A DNA stretch of 64,000 nucleotides from contig CAYPFW010000001.1 of the NCBI GenBank assembly GCA_964410585.1, positions 447,814 to 511,813 on the forward strand, given 5' to 3'. Source of the DNA: an uncultured archaeon. GTDB taxonomy: Archaea > Aenigmatarchaeota > Aenigmatarchaeia > QMZP01 > JACQNV01. A program made the translations under genes and the position numbers. The notes under the pieces were generated by a model. The model saw only the letters and a list, made by a program, of their open reading frames with translations. It had not been told where the DNA came from and searched no databases. Positions 1-8,838 of the stretch are shown here, piece by piece; positions within the stretch are counted from its first letter, which is position 1; every line of letters starts with the position of its first letter.

Positions 1-1
1 C

Positions 2-196
2 TTTGAAAAGCAGGAAAGGGTATACTCAAAAGCCTTTTACAGAAGTCTCTTCCCCTCAATCTATATTGAAGAGCAAATACTTGAAAAAGGGGGAAAACTT
101 TTAGGGAAAACCATACCCCCACTTTTAAGGAAAAGTGTTTTGGAATCTTTGGACGAGTTAAAAAGAACAATGAAGATTAGACAAACTTTCCCTTAA
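2..196 (+). CDS. C-terminal fragment of a CDS cut by the window edge (product unknown)
   Basis: Frame 2 is stop-free from the window edge to TAA at 194-196 (...LDELKRTMKIRQTFP*). It is absent from the ORF track because no start lies inside the window. Confidence 0.35.
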   Translation, partial: FEKQERVYSKAFYRSLFPSIYIEEQILEKGGKLLGKTIPPLLRKSVLESLDELKRTMKIRQTFP

Positions 197-346
197 TATA
201 GGCATTGGTCACAAGTAATACTATGAAGAAAAACATGTCACACAAAAAAACAGCAGCCCTAACCTTTTTTTTATCTGTTTTTACATTCTTAGGAGTCTTA
301 CTTATTCAGACTTTAGTTTCTTAAATCCAAAATACATCTAACCTTC

Positions 347-1675
347 ATGGATAAGCAGCAAATTCAGGCATATTATTCTCGTGAAGATATCAGGCAAAAA
401 ATCTTAGAAATTTCTAAAAATAGGGAAGTTGTTGGTGTCTTCCAAGATGGTGCATATTCTAAAAGGCCAAACTCTATTTCCTATCCAGCTGACATTGATT
501 CGATGATCAAAACAGGCATAGTGGAATTACATGGTTCAATAGAACATTGGCAAAACCCAAATACTGTAAAGGATAGAGTAGGATGGGACATGATTTTAGA
601 CCTTGATTGCGACAAAACAGAACACGGAAAAATCTGCGCCCAAGCTCTTGTATCTTGTTTAAAAAAATATGGAGTTAAAAATATCTCAATTAAGTTTACA
701 GGAGGAACAGGTTTTCATTTAGGTATATCTTGGGCATCTATTCCAAAGGAAATAAACTACGAACCTGCACAAAACTTATTCCCAGATGTTGCAAGAAAAA
801 TAGCTCTTTTTTTGAAAGAACAAATCCGCAATGATTTTTCTAAAATACTGTTAAACAAATATTCTCCAGAACAACTCGCCCAGGATGTTGGACGCCCATT
901 GGGTGAAATTATAAAAGATGAGGGCCTAGACCCATTTGAAATCGTTGAGGTTGATCCCATTTTGATTTCTTCTAGGCACCTTTTCCGTCTCCCGTATTCC
1001 TTAAACAAGAGCTCATTTTTAGTTTCCGTTCCATTGAAGATAGAGGATATAGAAGATTTCAAAAAAGAGGAAGCATCTCCGGATAAAATAAAACCTGTTT
1101 TGGGTTTTTTGGATACAGGGGAAAAAAATGAATCTGAGTTACTGATTGCAGAAACCCTAGATTGGTGGACAAAAAACAAACCACCTGAAAAGCCAAAAAA
1201 GAAAATAGAAATAAAGGAGGCTATACAATCTGATTTCTTCCCACCATGCATCAAAAATATTTCTCAAGGATTAAAAGATGGGAAAAAACGGGGCGTGTTT
1301 GTTTTGATGAATTTTTTGTCTTCAGCAAAATGGGATTGGACAAAAATTGAGGAATACATACAACAGTGGAACCAGAAAAATCAGCCACCTCTTCCAGATT
1401 CCTACATAACATCCCAAATAAGATACAACAGCAGAAAAGATCCAAAGCCTCCACCAAATTGTCCAGAGTCTGTAACGAGATCTGAAAAGGGTAGTAGAGG
1501 ATACTATGATTCAATGGGTGTATGTCAACCAAACGAAGTTTGCCAGAAAATAAAAAATCCAATCAGCTATCCATTTTTTGTTTCAACTGAAAGTGTTTTG
1601 AAAAAAACAGAGATGAAAAAGGAAAAAGCCTCAAGACAAGAACCAAGAGATAGAAGAGAAAATTTTGATATGTAG
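347..1675 (+). CDS. priS: DNA primase: PriS catalytic domain fused to a PriL-type Fe-S C-terminal domain
   Basis: N-terminal archaeo-eukaryotic primase motifs (MILDLDCD, FTGGTGFHLG). The C-terminal part has an FPPCI motif plus further Cys (PNCPES, GVCQPNEVC), like the PriL C-terminal cluster domain. Confidence 0.8.
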   Translation: MDKQQIQAYYSREDIRQKILEISKNREVVGVFQDGAYSKRPNSISYPADIDSMIKTGIVELHGSIEHWQNPNTVKDRVGWDMILDLDCDKTEHGKICAQALVSCLKKYGVKNISIKFTGGTGFHLGISWASIPKEINYEPAQNLFPDVARKIALFLKEQIRNDFSKILLNKYSPEQLAQDVGRPLGEIIKDEGLDPFEIVEVDPILISSRHLFRLPYSLNKSSFLVSVPLKIEDIEDFKKEEASPDKIKPVLGFLDTGEKNESELLIAETLDWWTKNKPPEKPKKKIEIKEAIQSDFFPPCIKNISQGLKDGKKRGVFVLMNFLSSAKWDWTKIEEYIQQWNQKNQPPLPDSYITSQIRYNSRKDPKPPPNCPESVTRSEKGSRGYYDSMGVCQPNEVCQKIKNPISYPFFVSTESVLKKTEMKKEKASRQEPRDRRENFDM

Positions 1676-1677
1676 TC

Positions 1678-1904
1678 TAGCCTTTCTTTTCAAAAAGATC
1701 AGCATCTCACTATGTGATGATGCTGAGATGTCGTGTGCTTGCACATCGTAATTGGAAGCTGGTTTCAGAGACCAGCTTCGGTATCCGCCTGTGAGCACAT
1801 CTTGAGTGAGACAAGCTCACTCAATCTCGTGCCCTGTTAACCGCTATATGGTTAATTGGAGACACGAAAGCGGTAAGGTATCGGAAAGAAAACGGTATAC
1901 ACCT
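1678..1904 (+). repeat. Long-form X repeat with a nested W hairpin
   Basis: TAGCCTTTCTTTT...CATCTCA/TGAGATG hairpin...TTAATTGGAGACACGAAAG...GGTAAGGTATCGGAAAGAAAAC. The W module TTGGAAGCTGG-loop-CCAGCTTCGG sits at 1752-1786. Confidence 0.8.
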
Positions 1905-1957
1905 AACCCCTTTAGAAAAAGAAGGTGTAAGCTATCCCAAGAAAACTAATTTACAAG
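1905..1957 (+). repeat. Short-form S repeat
   Basis: CCCCTTTAGAAAAAGAAGG hairpin followed by the box GTAAGCTATCCCAAGAAAACTAATTTACAA. Same family as 11767, 30833, 35954 and 55451. Confidence 0.7.
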
Positions 1958-1984
1958 TCTAAAAAACATAACCAATTTCTATTT

Positions 1985-2263
1985 TTAAAGTCTTCCATAT
2001 TTTTTATGAGCCTGCTCAGCTGTTAAGAATTCTGTAACCTTCACAACTTTATTTTCGATATCAATAACATAGAAAAATCTATAATCCCCAACCCTTAATC
2101 TATAAGCAGATCTCCGCGTTCCTTTTATTTCCTTTTTATCGCCATCTGGACTAGGAAAGGGATTTTCGAGAGATTTTAATTTTTCTTTAAATCTCGCAGA
2201 TTCCTTTGTTGGGAAGCTATTTATTTTACTCAAAACTTCTGTCTCAACGAGAACCTGGAACAT
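1985..2263 (-). CDS. RelE/ParE-family type II toxin
   Basis: 92 aa with the YRLRVGDYRFFY core typical of RelE/ParE. It lies immediately downstream of a small partner ORF. Confidence 0.8.
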   Translation of the reverse strand: MFQVLVETEVLSKINSFPTKESARFKEKLKSLENPFPSPDGDKKEIKGTRRSAYRLRVGDYRFFYVIDIENKVVKVTEFLTAEQAHKKYGRL

Positions 2264-2449
2264 TTACAACTCCACAAACTTGCCCTTTTTAGCTATTTCA
2301 TTTTGAGTTTCTACAAAAAAGTCTATCCTTGCTATCCTTTCATGCTCCTGTATAAGTTTATTTATTAGACTATCGTAAGTGTCATTCATACTTCCTATAC
2401 TTTTTAACTTTTGCTGGGTTTCCCTTTCAACTTGTATTGTTGTTTTCAT
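2264..2449 (-). CDS. Putative antitoxin of the RelE/ParE module
   Basis: Small ORF abutting the toxin start. Start moved to the internal ATG (MKTTIQVERETQQKL...), confirmed as cat at 2447-2449. Confidence 0.55.
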   Translation of the reverse strand: MKTTIQVERETQQKLKSIGSMNDTYDSLINKLIQEHERIARIDFFVETQNEIAKKGKFVEL

Positions 2450-2545
2450 AATATATAATAAGATATAGTTATATATAAAGATTATCAATTAGCAATAAAA
2501 ACAGAAAAACTGGAGTAATTTAAAACCTCTTTCTATTTTATAACT

Positions 2546-3043
2546 ATGCTAACCTACGAAACAATACGAAAAATACTAGATGAAGAAAAAGCCTCGCCAA
2601 ATTTGGCCAAAATCCCAGCTGATTTTTTCAAACAGGCGAAAGAATATTTGGAGAAAAAAGCACAGGTTTCAAAGGATTGGGAATTTGAATCAACAGAGAG
2701 GAGGCTCAAAGACATAATCGACTTGAGGGAAAAGAAGGTTATAATGTTTGCAATGTATGCTGTCAGAGCAAACACAGATGTCCAAAACTTGACAGAAGAA
2801 GAAATGGAACTCTTTAATACTGTTTTGAATGGTATCAAACTTTTCAGAGAAGGCATAGATAAGCAAATGTCAGCAAAAAAAGGAGAGCCTGTTGTTATTT
2901 TAAATGATGTTGGCGAGTTTGTTGGAATAAATATGGCTGTTTACGGCCCATTCAAATCCGGTGATATTGTTACCCTACCCAAACCAAACGCAGAATTAAT
3001 TGTGAAAAAAGGCTACGGCAAGAGGCTGAATATACCTGCTTAA
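2546..3043 (+). CDS. GINS-like replication protein (Gins51/Gins15 type)
   Basis: 165 aa helical N-terminal domain (LAKIPADFFKQAKEYL, REKKV) plus a small beta C-terminal domain. Adjacency to primase is common in archaea. No search was run. Confidence 0.5.
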   Translation: MLTYETIRKILDEEKASPNLAKIPADFFKQAKEYLEKKAQVSKDWEFESTERRLKDIIDLREKKVIMFAMYAVRANTDVQNLTEEEMELFNTVLNGIKLFREGIDKQMSAKKGEPVVILNDVGEFVGINMAVYGPFKSGDIVTLPKPNAELIVKKGYGKRLNIPA

Positions 3044-3112
3044 ATGTATATAAATACTCTAGATACAATCATATGAATCTGACAGCTTTCTTTTAGAAGC
3101 GATAGGGTAATT

Positions 3113-3400
3113 ATGAAATTTCCAAAAGAGATTAGGATCTATTGTCCAAAGTGTAAAAAACATACAGAACACAAAGTGAAGCAAGAAAAGAAAAGAGCAA
3201 GAAGTTCAAAGCATCCAGATTCATCATCGCAGAGGCGTTTTCAGCGAAAAATGAAAGGTTACCACGGTTTCCCAAGACCACAACCAAGTGGCGAAGGCAA
3301 ACCAACAAAAAAAGTTGATTTGAGATACAAATGCTCTGTATGCGGGAAATCACAAATAAGAGGCATGGGATTTAGGGTTAAAAAATTAGAACTTACATAA
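3113..3400 (+). CDS. rpl44e: 50S ribosomal protein L44e (eL42)
   Basis: [13 protein letters not shown] ... YKCSVCGK zinc-ribbon pattern in a basic 95-aa protein. Confidence 0.9.
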   Translation: MKFPKEIRIYCPKCKKHTEHKVKQEKKRARSSKHPDSSSQRRFQRKMKGYHGFPRPQPSGEGKPTKKVDLRYKCSVCGKSQIRGMGFRVKKLELT

Positions 3401-3402
3401 TT

Positions 3403-3570
3403 ATGGCATCTGGATTTTTCAAAGTAAAATGTGAGAAGTGTAAGAACGAGCAGACTGTTTTCGAGAAGGTCTCGACAAAAGTTGAGTGTTTAGTTTGTGG
3501 AGAAATTTTAGCAGAACCAACAGGCGGAAGGACAAATTTTAAAGTGACAGAACTTACAGCTGTTAAGTAA
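3403..3570 (+). CDS. rps27e: 30S ribosomal protein S27e (eS27)
   Basis: 55-aa ORF missed by the track: MASGFFKVKCEKCKNEQTVFEKVSTKVECLVCGEILAEPTGGRTNFKVTELTAVK. It has a C-x2-C...C-x2-C ribbon, and the L44e-S27e order is conserved. Confidence 0.85.
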   Translation: MASGFFKVKCEKCKNEQTVFEKVSTKVECLVCGEILAEPTGGRTNFKVTELTAVK

Positions 3571-3592
3571 ATTCCTGACTTCAAAGCTCATA

Positions 3593-4219
3593 ATGACTGA
3601 GTTCATTTACAAAGAAACAGAATATAATTGGAGAGAGGAATTCCCTAAACTGGGTCTCGAGCTTTTTCTACAGCAGAAATTAAAAAAATTCAATGACAAA
3701 AACACGCACCAAGCAGTCCTAAATATCCTGAAGGAAATGATTTCTGGAAGCTATAATTTTGAATGGTTTTACGAAAACTACTCTGACAAAAAATTTGAAG
3801 GCACATGTCACCAAATTTCACCTGTTTTTGCCTTATTTTTGGCTGCCCTTGGAATAGAAGTTGCTTTTTTGGAGTTTTACCAAGTTTCAGACAGAAGCTC
3901 AACAGATCCTGAAAAAGCAGAAAAGAAATTTGAGAAACTTGGGTATAATCCATATTGTTTAGTTGAGGCGAGATTTTGGAATGACAAATTTTTGATTTCG
4001 CCTAAACATTTTAACCAAGATTTAGTGAGCTTACTTCAGCCTGTTTCACACAGGGAATTTGTTGGGGTATTGCCACATCCAGAAGATCCAGACAAGAGCG
4101 GCGTCTATTTGAAAAATTTGAACAAAACAGGAAGAGAAGCTGTTTGGATGAAAAAGGATTATAAAGAAGAAAAAGAAGAATACTTTAGGTGTTTTGAAAA
4201 GAAACGAGTTAAGACTTAA
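3593..4219 (+). CDS. Hypothetical protein
   Basis: 208-aa ORF with genome-typical composition. A GTCHQISP motif could mark a Cys-hydrolase fold, but this is unsupported. Confidence 0.5.
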   Translation: MTEFIYKETEYNWREEFPKLGLELFLQQKLKKFNDKNTHQAVLNILKEMISGSYNFEWFYENYSDKKFEGTCHQISPVFALFLAALGIEVAFLEFYQVSDRSSTDPEKAEKKFEKLGYNPYCLVEARFWNDKFLISPKHFNQDLVSLLQPVSHREFVGVLPHPEDPDKSGVYLKNLNKTGREAVWMKKDYKEEKEEYFRCFEKKRVKT

Positions 4220-5141
4220 CTTCTAAAAAACCTTTAATCAATGGCACAATTTCCTTCCTCATTATTATAGCGTTTCTTTTTGCAACATTATTTTCAAATT
4301 TTATATTGAAGATTTTTGTCACAAGCTCTTCAGATTTCTTATCAATAATCACAAATTTGTTGAAAGCCTTTTCGACGTCTATACAGCTCAAAAACATCAC
4401 ATCGAGAGCATTCTGTTGCTTGATTTCATCTAAGGCTTTTAGTATGGAATCAAAATTGTTTTTAATAAAATCATCAACTTTAACTATTTCTAGCTGGACT
4501 ATACCAATTTTTGTTTTGAAATCAAAGTAGGCAAAATCGTTTAGGAAGACATCTTTCAGCGGCTTGTCAAAATTGGATTTGTGCTCGAACATTTCATGAA
4601 TATAATTTTTTGGTAAGCTGAGATGATTTTTCAGCCATTTGGCCATTTTCCTATCTCTTTCTGTTGTTACGTTTGCTTGGAAGTTAACTGTGTTTGAAAC
4701 TATGGAAGAATATAGAAGAGCTGCAGATTCTTTAGAAATTTCAATTTTGTTTTTGTAGAATTTTTCAGCTATCAAAGTTGCTGCTGAACCTACAAGCTCA
4801 ATTTGCACTTTTGCGTTTGGGAATTTGTTCGCTTGGTTAATTTTCCTGTGGTCAATTATTCCAACAACTTTAGAGGGATCAATTTCTTTTGAGATGCCTT
4901 TTAAGTCACTGCTATCTACAAGAACGATATTTTCATATTTCTCAACTAATTTTTCAGCATTTTTCATTTTACTGATACCAAACTCATCAAAAACAAATTG
5001 GGCTTCCCTGTGAATAGTTCCAAAAATTCCAGCAACTGCGTCCTCTCCTTTCTTTTTTAGAAATTCGGAATAAGCGAAAGCACATGCTGTCCCATCAAGA
5101 TCTGGGTTTTGATAAGCTGTAACAAGTATTTTAGGCTTCAT
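4209..5141 (-). CDS. DHH/DHHA2 phosphoesterase (family II inorganic pyrophosphatase-like)
   Basis: NPDLDGTACAFAY, VLVDSSD and IIDHRK motifs (DHR instead of DHH), with GSAATLIAEKF in the C-terminal half. Confidence 0.7.
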   Translation of the reverse strand: MKPKILVTAYQNPDLDGTACAFAYSEFLKKKGEDAVAGIFGTIHREAQFVFDEFGISKMKNAEKLVEKYENIVLVDSSDLKGISKEIDPSKVVGIIDHRKINQANKFPNAKVQIELVGSAATLIAEKFYKNKIEISKESAALLYSSIVSNTVNFQANVTTERDRKMAKWLKNHLSLPKNYIHEMFEHKSNFDKPLKDVFLNDFAYFDFKTKIGIVQLEIVKVDDFIKNNFDSILKALDEIKQQNALDVMFLSCIDVEKAFNKFVIIDKKSEELVTKIFNIKFENNVAKRNAIIMRKEIVPLIKGFLEVKS

Positions 5142-5195
5142 ATCATCTTATTTAAGTATATTATTTAATAAGTGAATTGTATCATTTTCAATAAA

Positions 5196-5270
5196 GGTTA
5201 ATCGTGGAAGGCGTTTAAAAATTTTTCGAAGCGAACTGAGAAAAATTTTAGCCTCCTGTTTTGATTAACC
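5196..5270 (+). repeat. Y repeat
   Basis: Outer stem GGTTAATC/GATTAACC encloses GTGGAAGGCG, an AT-rich hairpin and AGCCTCCTGTTTTG. Confidence 0.8.
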
Positions 5271-5287
5271 TTTTGGGACAAAAGGTT
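5267..5287 (+). promoter_or_regulatory. Z hairpin ending at the aIF2-alpha start codon
   Basis: AACCTTTT-GGGAC-AAAAGGTT is followed directly by ATG at 5288. The 3' arm contains the AAGG(T) SD-like bases. Confidence 0.5.
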
Positions 5288-6052
5288 ATGAGGAAGACTG
5301 GATTTCCAAAATGGGGAGAATTGGTTATTGTTAGGATAACCAAGATAAACCCACATTCAGCAACAGCAGACCTAATAGAATACAAAAGAACAGGCTATAT
5401 TCAAGCTGTAGAAGTTGCAAAAAAGTGGGTCAGAAATATTTCCGAGTTTTTGAAAGAAGGACAGTTTGTTGTTTGTAGAGTTTTGAGATCTGATCAAAAC
5501 AACATAGATTTATCTGTAAAAAGAGTTGCAAGAGAAGAAGCAAACAGAAAGCTCAGCGCATTTAAAAGGGAAACAAGATTTGAAAAGTTATTCGAGATTG
5601 TTGCAAAGGAGTTTGGAAAAGACTTAGAAACAGCTTACAAGGAAGTGGGTTTTGACTTGCAGGAAAATTTTGGTTCAATTGAAAAGGCTTTTGAAATTGC
5701 TTGGAAAAATCCAGAGCTTTTGAAACAAAGGGTAAACAAGAGAGATTGGATAGAAAAACTAATTGATCTTGCCAATAAAACATTCACTGAAAAGACACAT
5801 GAAATGAAATCAAATTTAAAATTAATTTCATATAATTCAGGTGGTTTGAACATAATCAAAAGCGCATTAGGAAAGGCTGCAAAATCCGACCTAGAAGTCA
5901 GGTACATGTCTGCACCAAACTACCAATTAATCGGAAAGGGGAAAGACATCAAAAAACTTCGAGCTACTTTAGAACAGGTTTCAGAAGAGGTTGTCAAAGA
6001 AGTGAACAAACATAGAGGCGACTGCTCTTTTTCTATTGAAGGAAAACACTAG
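5288..6052 (+). CDS. eif2a: Translation initiation factor aIF2 alpha subunit
   Basis: S1 domain (WGELVIVRITKI...GYIQAVEVAKKWVRNISEFLKEGQFVVCRVL...IDLSVKRV). Start set at the ATG after the Z hairpin. Confidence 0.85.
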   Translation: MRKTGFPKWGELVIVRITKINPHSATADLIEYKRTGYIQAVEVAKKWVRNISEFLKEGQFVVCRVLRSDQNNIDLSVKRVAREEANRKLSAFKRETRFEKLFEIVAKEFGKDLETAYKEVGFDLQENFGSIEKAFEIAWKNPELLKQRVNKRDWIEKLIDLANKTFTEKTHEMKSNLKLISYNSGGLNIIKSALGKAAKSDLEVRYMSAPNYQLIGKGKDIKKLRATLEQVSEEVVKEVNKHRGDCSFSIEGKH

Positions 6053-6090
6053 CATTGAGGCATTTATATCTGGAAACAAAAATTACTATT

Positions 6091-7434
6091 ATGGTTTTAG
6101 ATAAGCTAGGCTCAAGCCTTAAAGACACTTTCAAGAAGCTTGCAGGAATGAGCCTTGTAGACAAGGAATCAGCAGAGAGGATAATTCTAGACATACAAAG
6201 GGCATTGCTACAGTCAGATGTAGATGTCAGGCTAGTTTCTGATTTAACAAAAAGCCTAAAAGACAAAATTTTAAATAAAAGACTACCACATGGCCTGACA
6301 TTAAAGGAACACTTCATCAAAACTCTATACGATGAACTTGTAAATTTCTTAGGCAAGGAAAAGGGTGATTTAGAGGTAAAAAAACAAAAAATTCTTTTGA
6401 TGGGTTTGTTTGGTTCTGGAAAAACAACAACAGCTGGAAAACTTGGAAAATGGTTCAAAACAAGGGGTCTGTCTGTTGGTTTAGTTGCATGCGATATCCA
6501 TAGGCCAGCTGCCCAAGAACAGCTTTCACAAATATCAAAACAAATAGACGCTAAAATTTACACAGAAGGCTCAGGACTTCTTGGGAAAAAGAAAGCTGAA
6601 AAAATAGCAGAAGAAGCCTTGAAAAAATCAAAAGACGATGTGCTTATTTTCGACTCAGCTGGAAGGGATGCTTTGGATAAAGAACTTGCACAAGAATTAA
6701 AAGACCTCTCAAACACAATAAAACCAGACGAAGTTCTTCTTGTAATACCAGCAGACATAGGCCAAGCTGCTAGAAGACAAGCAGAAGAATTTGTAAAATT
6801 AGTTGGCATAACTGGCATAATTGTTTCTAAATTGGATGGAACAGCAAAAGGTGGTGGTGCCTTGACGGCATGTTCTGTTTCTGGAGCAAAAATTAAGTTC
6901 ATTGGTGTCGGCGAGAAGATTGGAGATTTGGAGCAGTATGATCCTCAGAGATTTGTTTCCCGGTTAATTGGTTATGGGGATATACAAGGCCTTTTGGAAA
7001 AAGCAGCTGAAGTGGGCGTAGATGAAGAATCTTTGGAGAAAATAAAAGAGGGACAGTTCACTTTGGATGAGTTTGTGGTGCAAATAAAACAAATGCAAAA
7101 AATGGGCCCATTAGGAAAAATAACAGAGATGATTCCAGGATTTTCAGGGATGAAAATTCCAAAAGATACATTGGATGTACAAGAAGGGAAGATGAAAAAA
7201 TGGGAGCACATAATCAAATCAATGACAAAAGAAGAGAGGCAAGATCCAGAAATAATTAAACAAAGCAGGATCACAAGAATAGCAAAGGGTTCTGGTACAA
7301 GACCCGAGGATGTTAAAGAACTCATGAAAAGCTATAAGCAAATCAAGAAGGTTATGAAAATGATGGGCGGCGGCAAAGGTTTGAAAAGAGGCGCCTTTGC
7401 TGGATTGGCTAAACAGTTTGGAATGAAATTGTAA
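6091..7434 (+). CDS. srp54: Signal recognition particle protein SRP54
   Basis: GLFGSGKTTT, DSAGR and SKLDGTAKGGGAL GTPase motifs plus a Met-rich M domain. Start set at MVLDKLGSSL. Confidence 0.95.
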   Translation: MVLDKLGSSLKDTFKKLAGMSLVDKESAERIILDIQRALLQSDVDVRLVSDLTKSLKDKILNKRLPHGLTLKEHFIKTLYDELVNFLGKEKGDLEVKKQKILLMGLFGSGKTTTAGKLGKWFKTRGLSVGLVACDIHRPAAQEQLSQISKQIDAKIYTEGSGLLGKKKAEKIAEEALKKSKDDVLIFDSAGRDALDKELAQELKDLSNTIKPDEVLLVIPADIGQAARRQAEEFVKLVGITGIIVSKLDGTAKGGGALTACSVSGAKIKFIGVGEKIGDLEQYDPQRFVSRLIGYGDIQGLLEKAAEVGVDEESLEKIKEGQFTLDEFVVQIKQMQKMGPLGKITEMIPGFSGMKIPKDTLDVQEGKMKKWEHIIKSMTKEERQDPEIIKQSRITRIAKGSGTRPEDVKELMKSYKQIKKVMKMMGGGKGLKRGAFAGLAKQFGMKL

Positions 7435-7454
7435 CATTTTCTTTTAGAAAATCT

Positions 7455-8243
7455 ATGGATAAGAACAGATGGAACAATTATAGAAAAGCAAACGATAATT
7501 TTCCGGAGGTTAGAAGAAGAGAACTCCAATTAATGCTGAAAAAGATCAATCCACAAATTGGTGATATCATTGTCGAAGCAGGTACTGGAAACGGTTATTT
7601 AACCTTTCCAGTAGCTCAAAAAGTTGGAAAAAATGGCAAAGTTATCACCTACGATATTATTTCTAATAATCTTTCAGAAGTTAGAAAGCTGAATAAGAAG
7701 TTTAAGTTGCCTATTGATATTAAACAACAAGAAACTTCTTATGATTTTGATGAACAAAACTCTTCAGTTGATAAGGTGATATCTATTGCTTCCTTTCATC
7801 ACTACGATAATAGATCAACTGGTTTTTCTGGTAGATTAAAGGCTCTAAAAGAGTTTAATAGAATATTAAAAAATAATGGAAGGTTAATTATTGCCGATAT
7901 AGGCAAAACCACTGTTTCTTCTAAATATTTTAATGAGATTGATGATCCAAAATATTGTTTTCCAAATGGACATCCACATGAATTTTTGAGTAGAAAAGAA
8001 ATTCAAGACCTTTGTATACAAACAGGTTTTAAAATTGAAAGTTATGAAGTTGCCCAAGTTCCTTGGACATTTGATACTGAAGAACAAGCTAAACAATTTT
8101 TGCATACAATACATAATGCTACATGTTCTCCTGAAGAATCCTTTCAGCATGCTAAAGAACACCTTAATTTCTGGAAGGAAGGAGGAAAATATTATCTGGA
8201 TTGGGAATTGTTCTATTTTGTAGCAATAAAAAGTAGTTTTTAA
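7455..8243 (+). CDS. Class I SAM-dependent methyltransferase
   Basis: VEAGTGNGYLT glycine-rich SAM motif, with LIIADI after motif II. Confidence 0.7.
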   Translation: MDKNRWNNYRKANDNFPEVRRRELQLMLKKINPQIGDIIVEAGTGNGYLTFPVAQKVGKNGKVITYDIISNNLSEVRKLNKKFKLPIDIKQQETSYDFDEQNSSVDKVISIASFHHYDNRSTGFSGRLKALKEFNRILKNNGRLIIADIGKTTVSSKYFNEIDDPKYCFPNGHPHEFLSRKEIQDLCIQTGFKIESYEVAQVPWTFDTEEQAKQFLHTIHNATCSPEESFQHAKEHLNFWKEGGKYYLDWELFYFVAIKSSF

Positions 8244-8265
8244 ATCTAAAATAGTTTCTTATTAT

Positions 8266-8838
8266 ATGAACATTGGTTTTGACCTAGATGAAGTTCTTGC
8301 AGATCTTTTAAGTTCTCTAATAAAATTTCACAACACCAATTACAAAACCAATTTGGTAAAAGAACACTTTGTTTCTAATAAGTTCTGGGAAGTTTGGGGC
8401 GGCACAAAAGATGAAGCAACGCAAAAGGTTTACAATTTCCATGCAAGCGATTATTTGAGAAACCTAAAACCAATTGACGGCTCAAAAGAAATAGTTGATT
8501 TCCTAAAAAAGAAGAATAATTTATTTGTCATCACGTCAAGATCAAATGACTTTGAAAGCGCAACAGTAGAGTGGATAAACCAGCACTTCCCAAAAAAGTT
8601 TTCTAGCATAAATTTCGCAAACCATTATTCACAAAGCGGGAAACAAATAACCAAATCATCCATTTGCAATGATCTTGGTATCGATATTATGATTGAAGAT
8701 TCAGTTGATCACGCTTTGGACTGTCTTAGTCCGACCAGAAAAATTCTTCTAGTAGATCACCCATGGAACAAATCATTTAATCCGATCCGAGGAATTTACA
8801 GGATAAAATCTTTGAAAGAAATTGCTGATTTTGTTTAG
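8266..8838 (+). CDS. HAD-superfamily 5'(3')-deoxyribonucleotidase-like phosphatase
   Basis: N-terminal FDLDEVLAD (DxDxV) motif and a C-terminal IEDS motif. Confidence 0.6.
   Translation: MNIGFDLDEVLADLLSSLIKFHNTNYKTNLVKEHFVSNKFWEVWGGTKDEATQKVYNFHASDYLRNLKPIDGSKEIVDFLKKKNNLFVITSRSNDFESATVEWINQHFPKKFSSINFANHYSQSGKQITKSSICNDLGIDIMIEDSVDHALDCLSPTRKILLVDHPWNKSFNPIRGIYRIKSLKEIADFV

Noticed and set aside
223-324. A 33-aa hydrophobic ORF (MKKNMSHKKTAALTFFLSVFTFLGVLLIQTLVS) upstream of the primase gene.
   Set aside because: It is too short and has no supporting context (no SD, no conservation evidence available), so it is not reported as a feature.
757-1562. Antisense ORFs inside the primase gene. 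The same class includes 6033-6458, 6558-7437, 8926-10074, 15886-16359, 27150-27980, 29103-30774, 31092-32186, 34263-35839, 39115-39956, 58996-59526 and 62954-63956.
   Set aside because: They lie fully within or antisense to longer ORFs that carry clear family motifs. Their Ser/Phe/Leu-rich composition is the typical mirror image of Lys/Glu-rich genes in AT-rich genomes.
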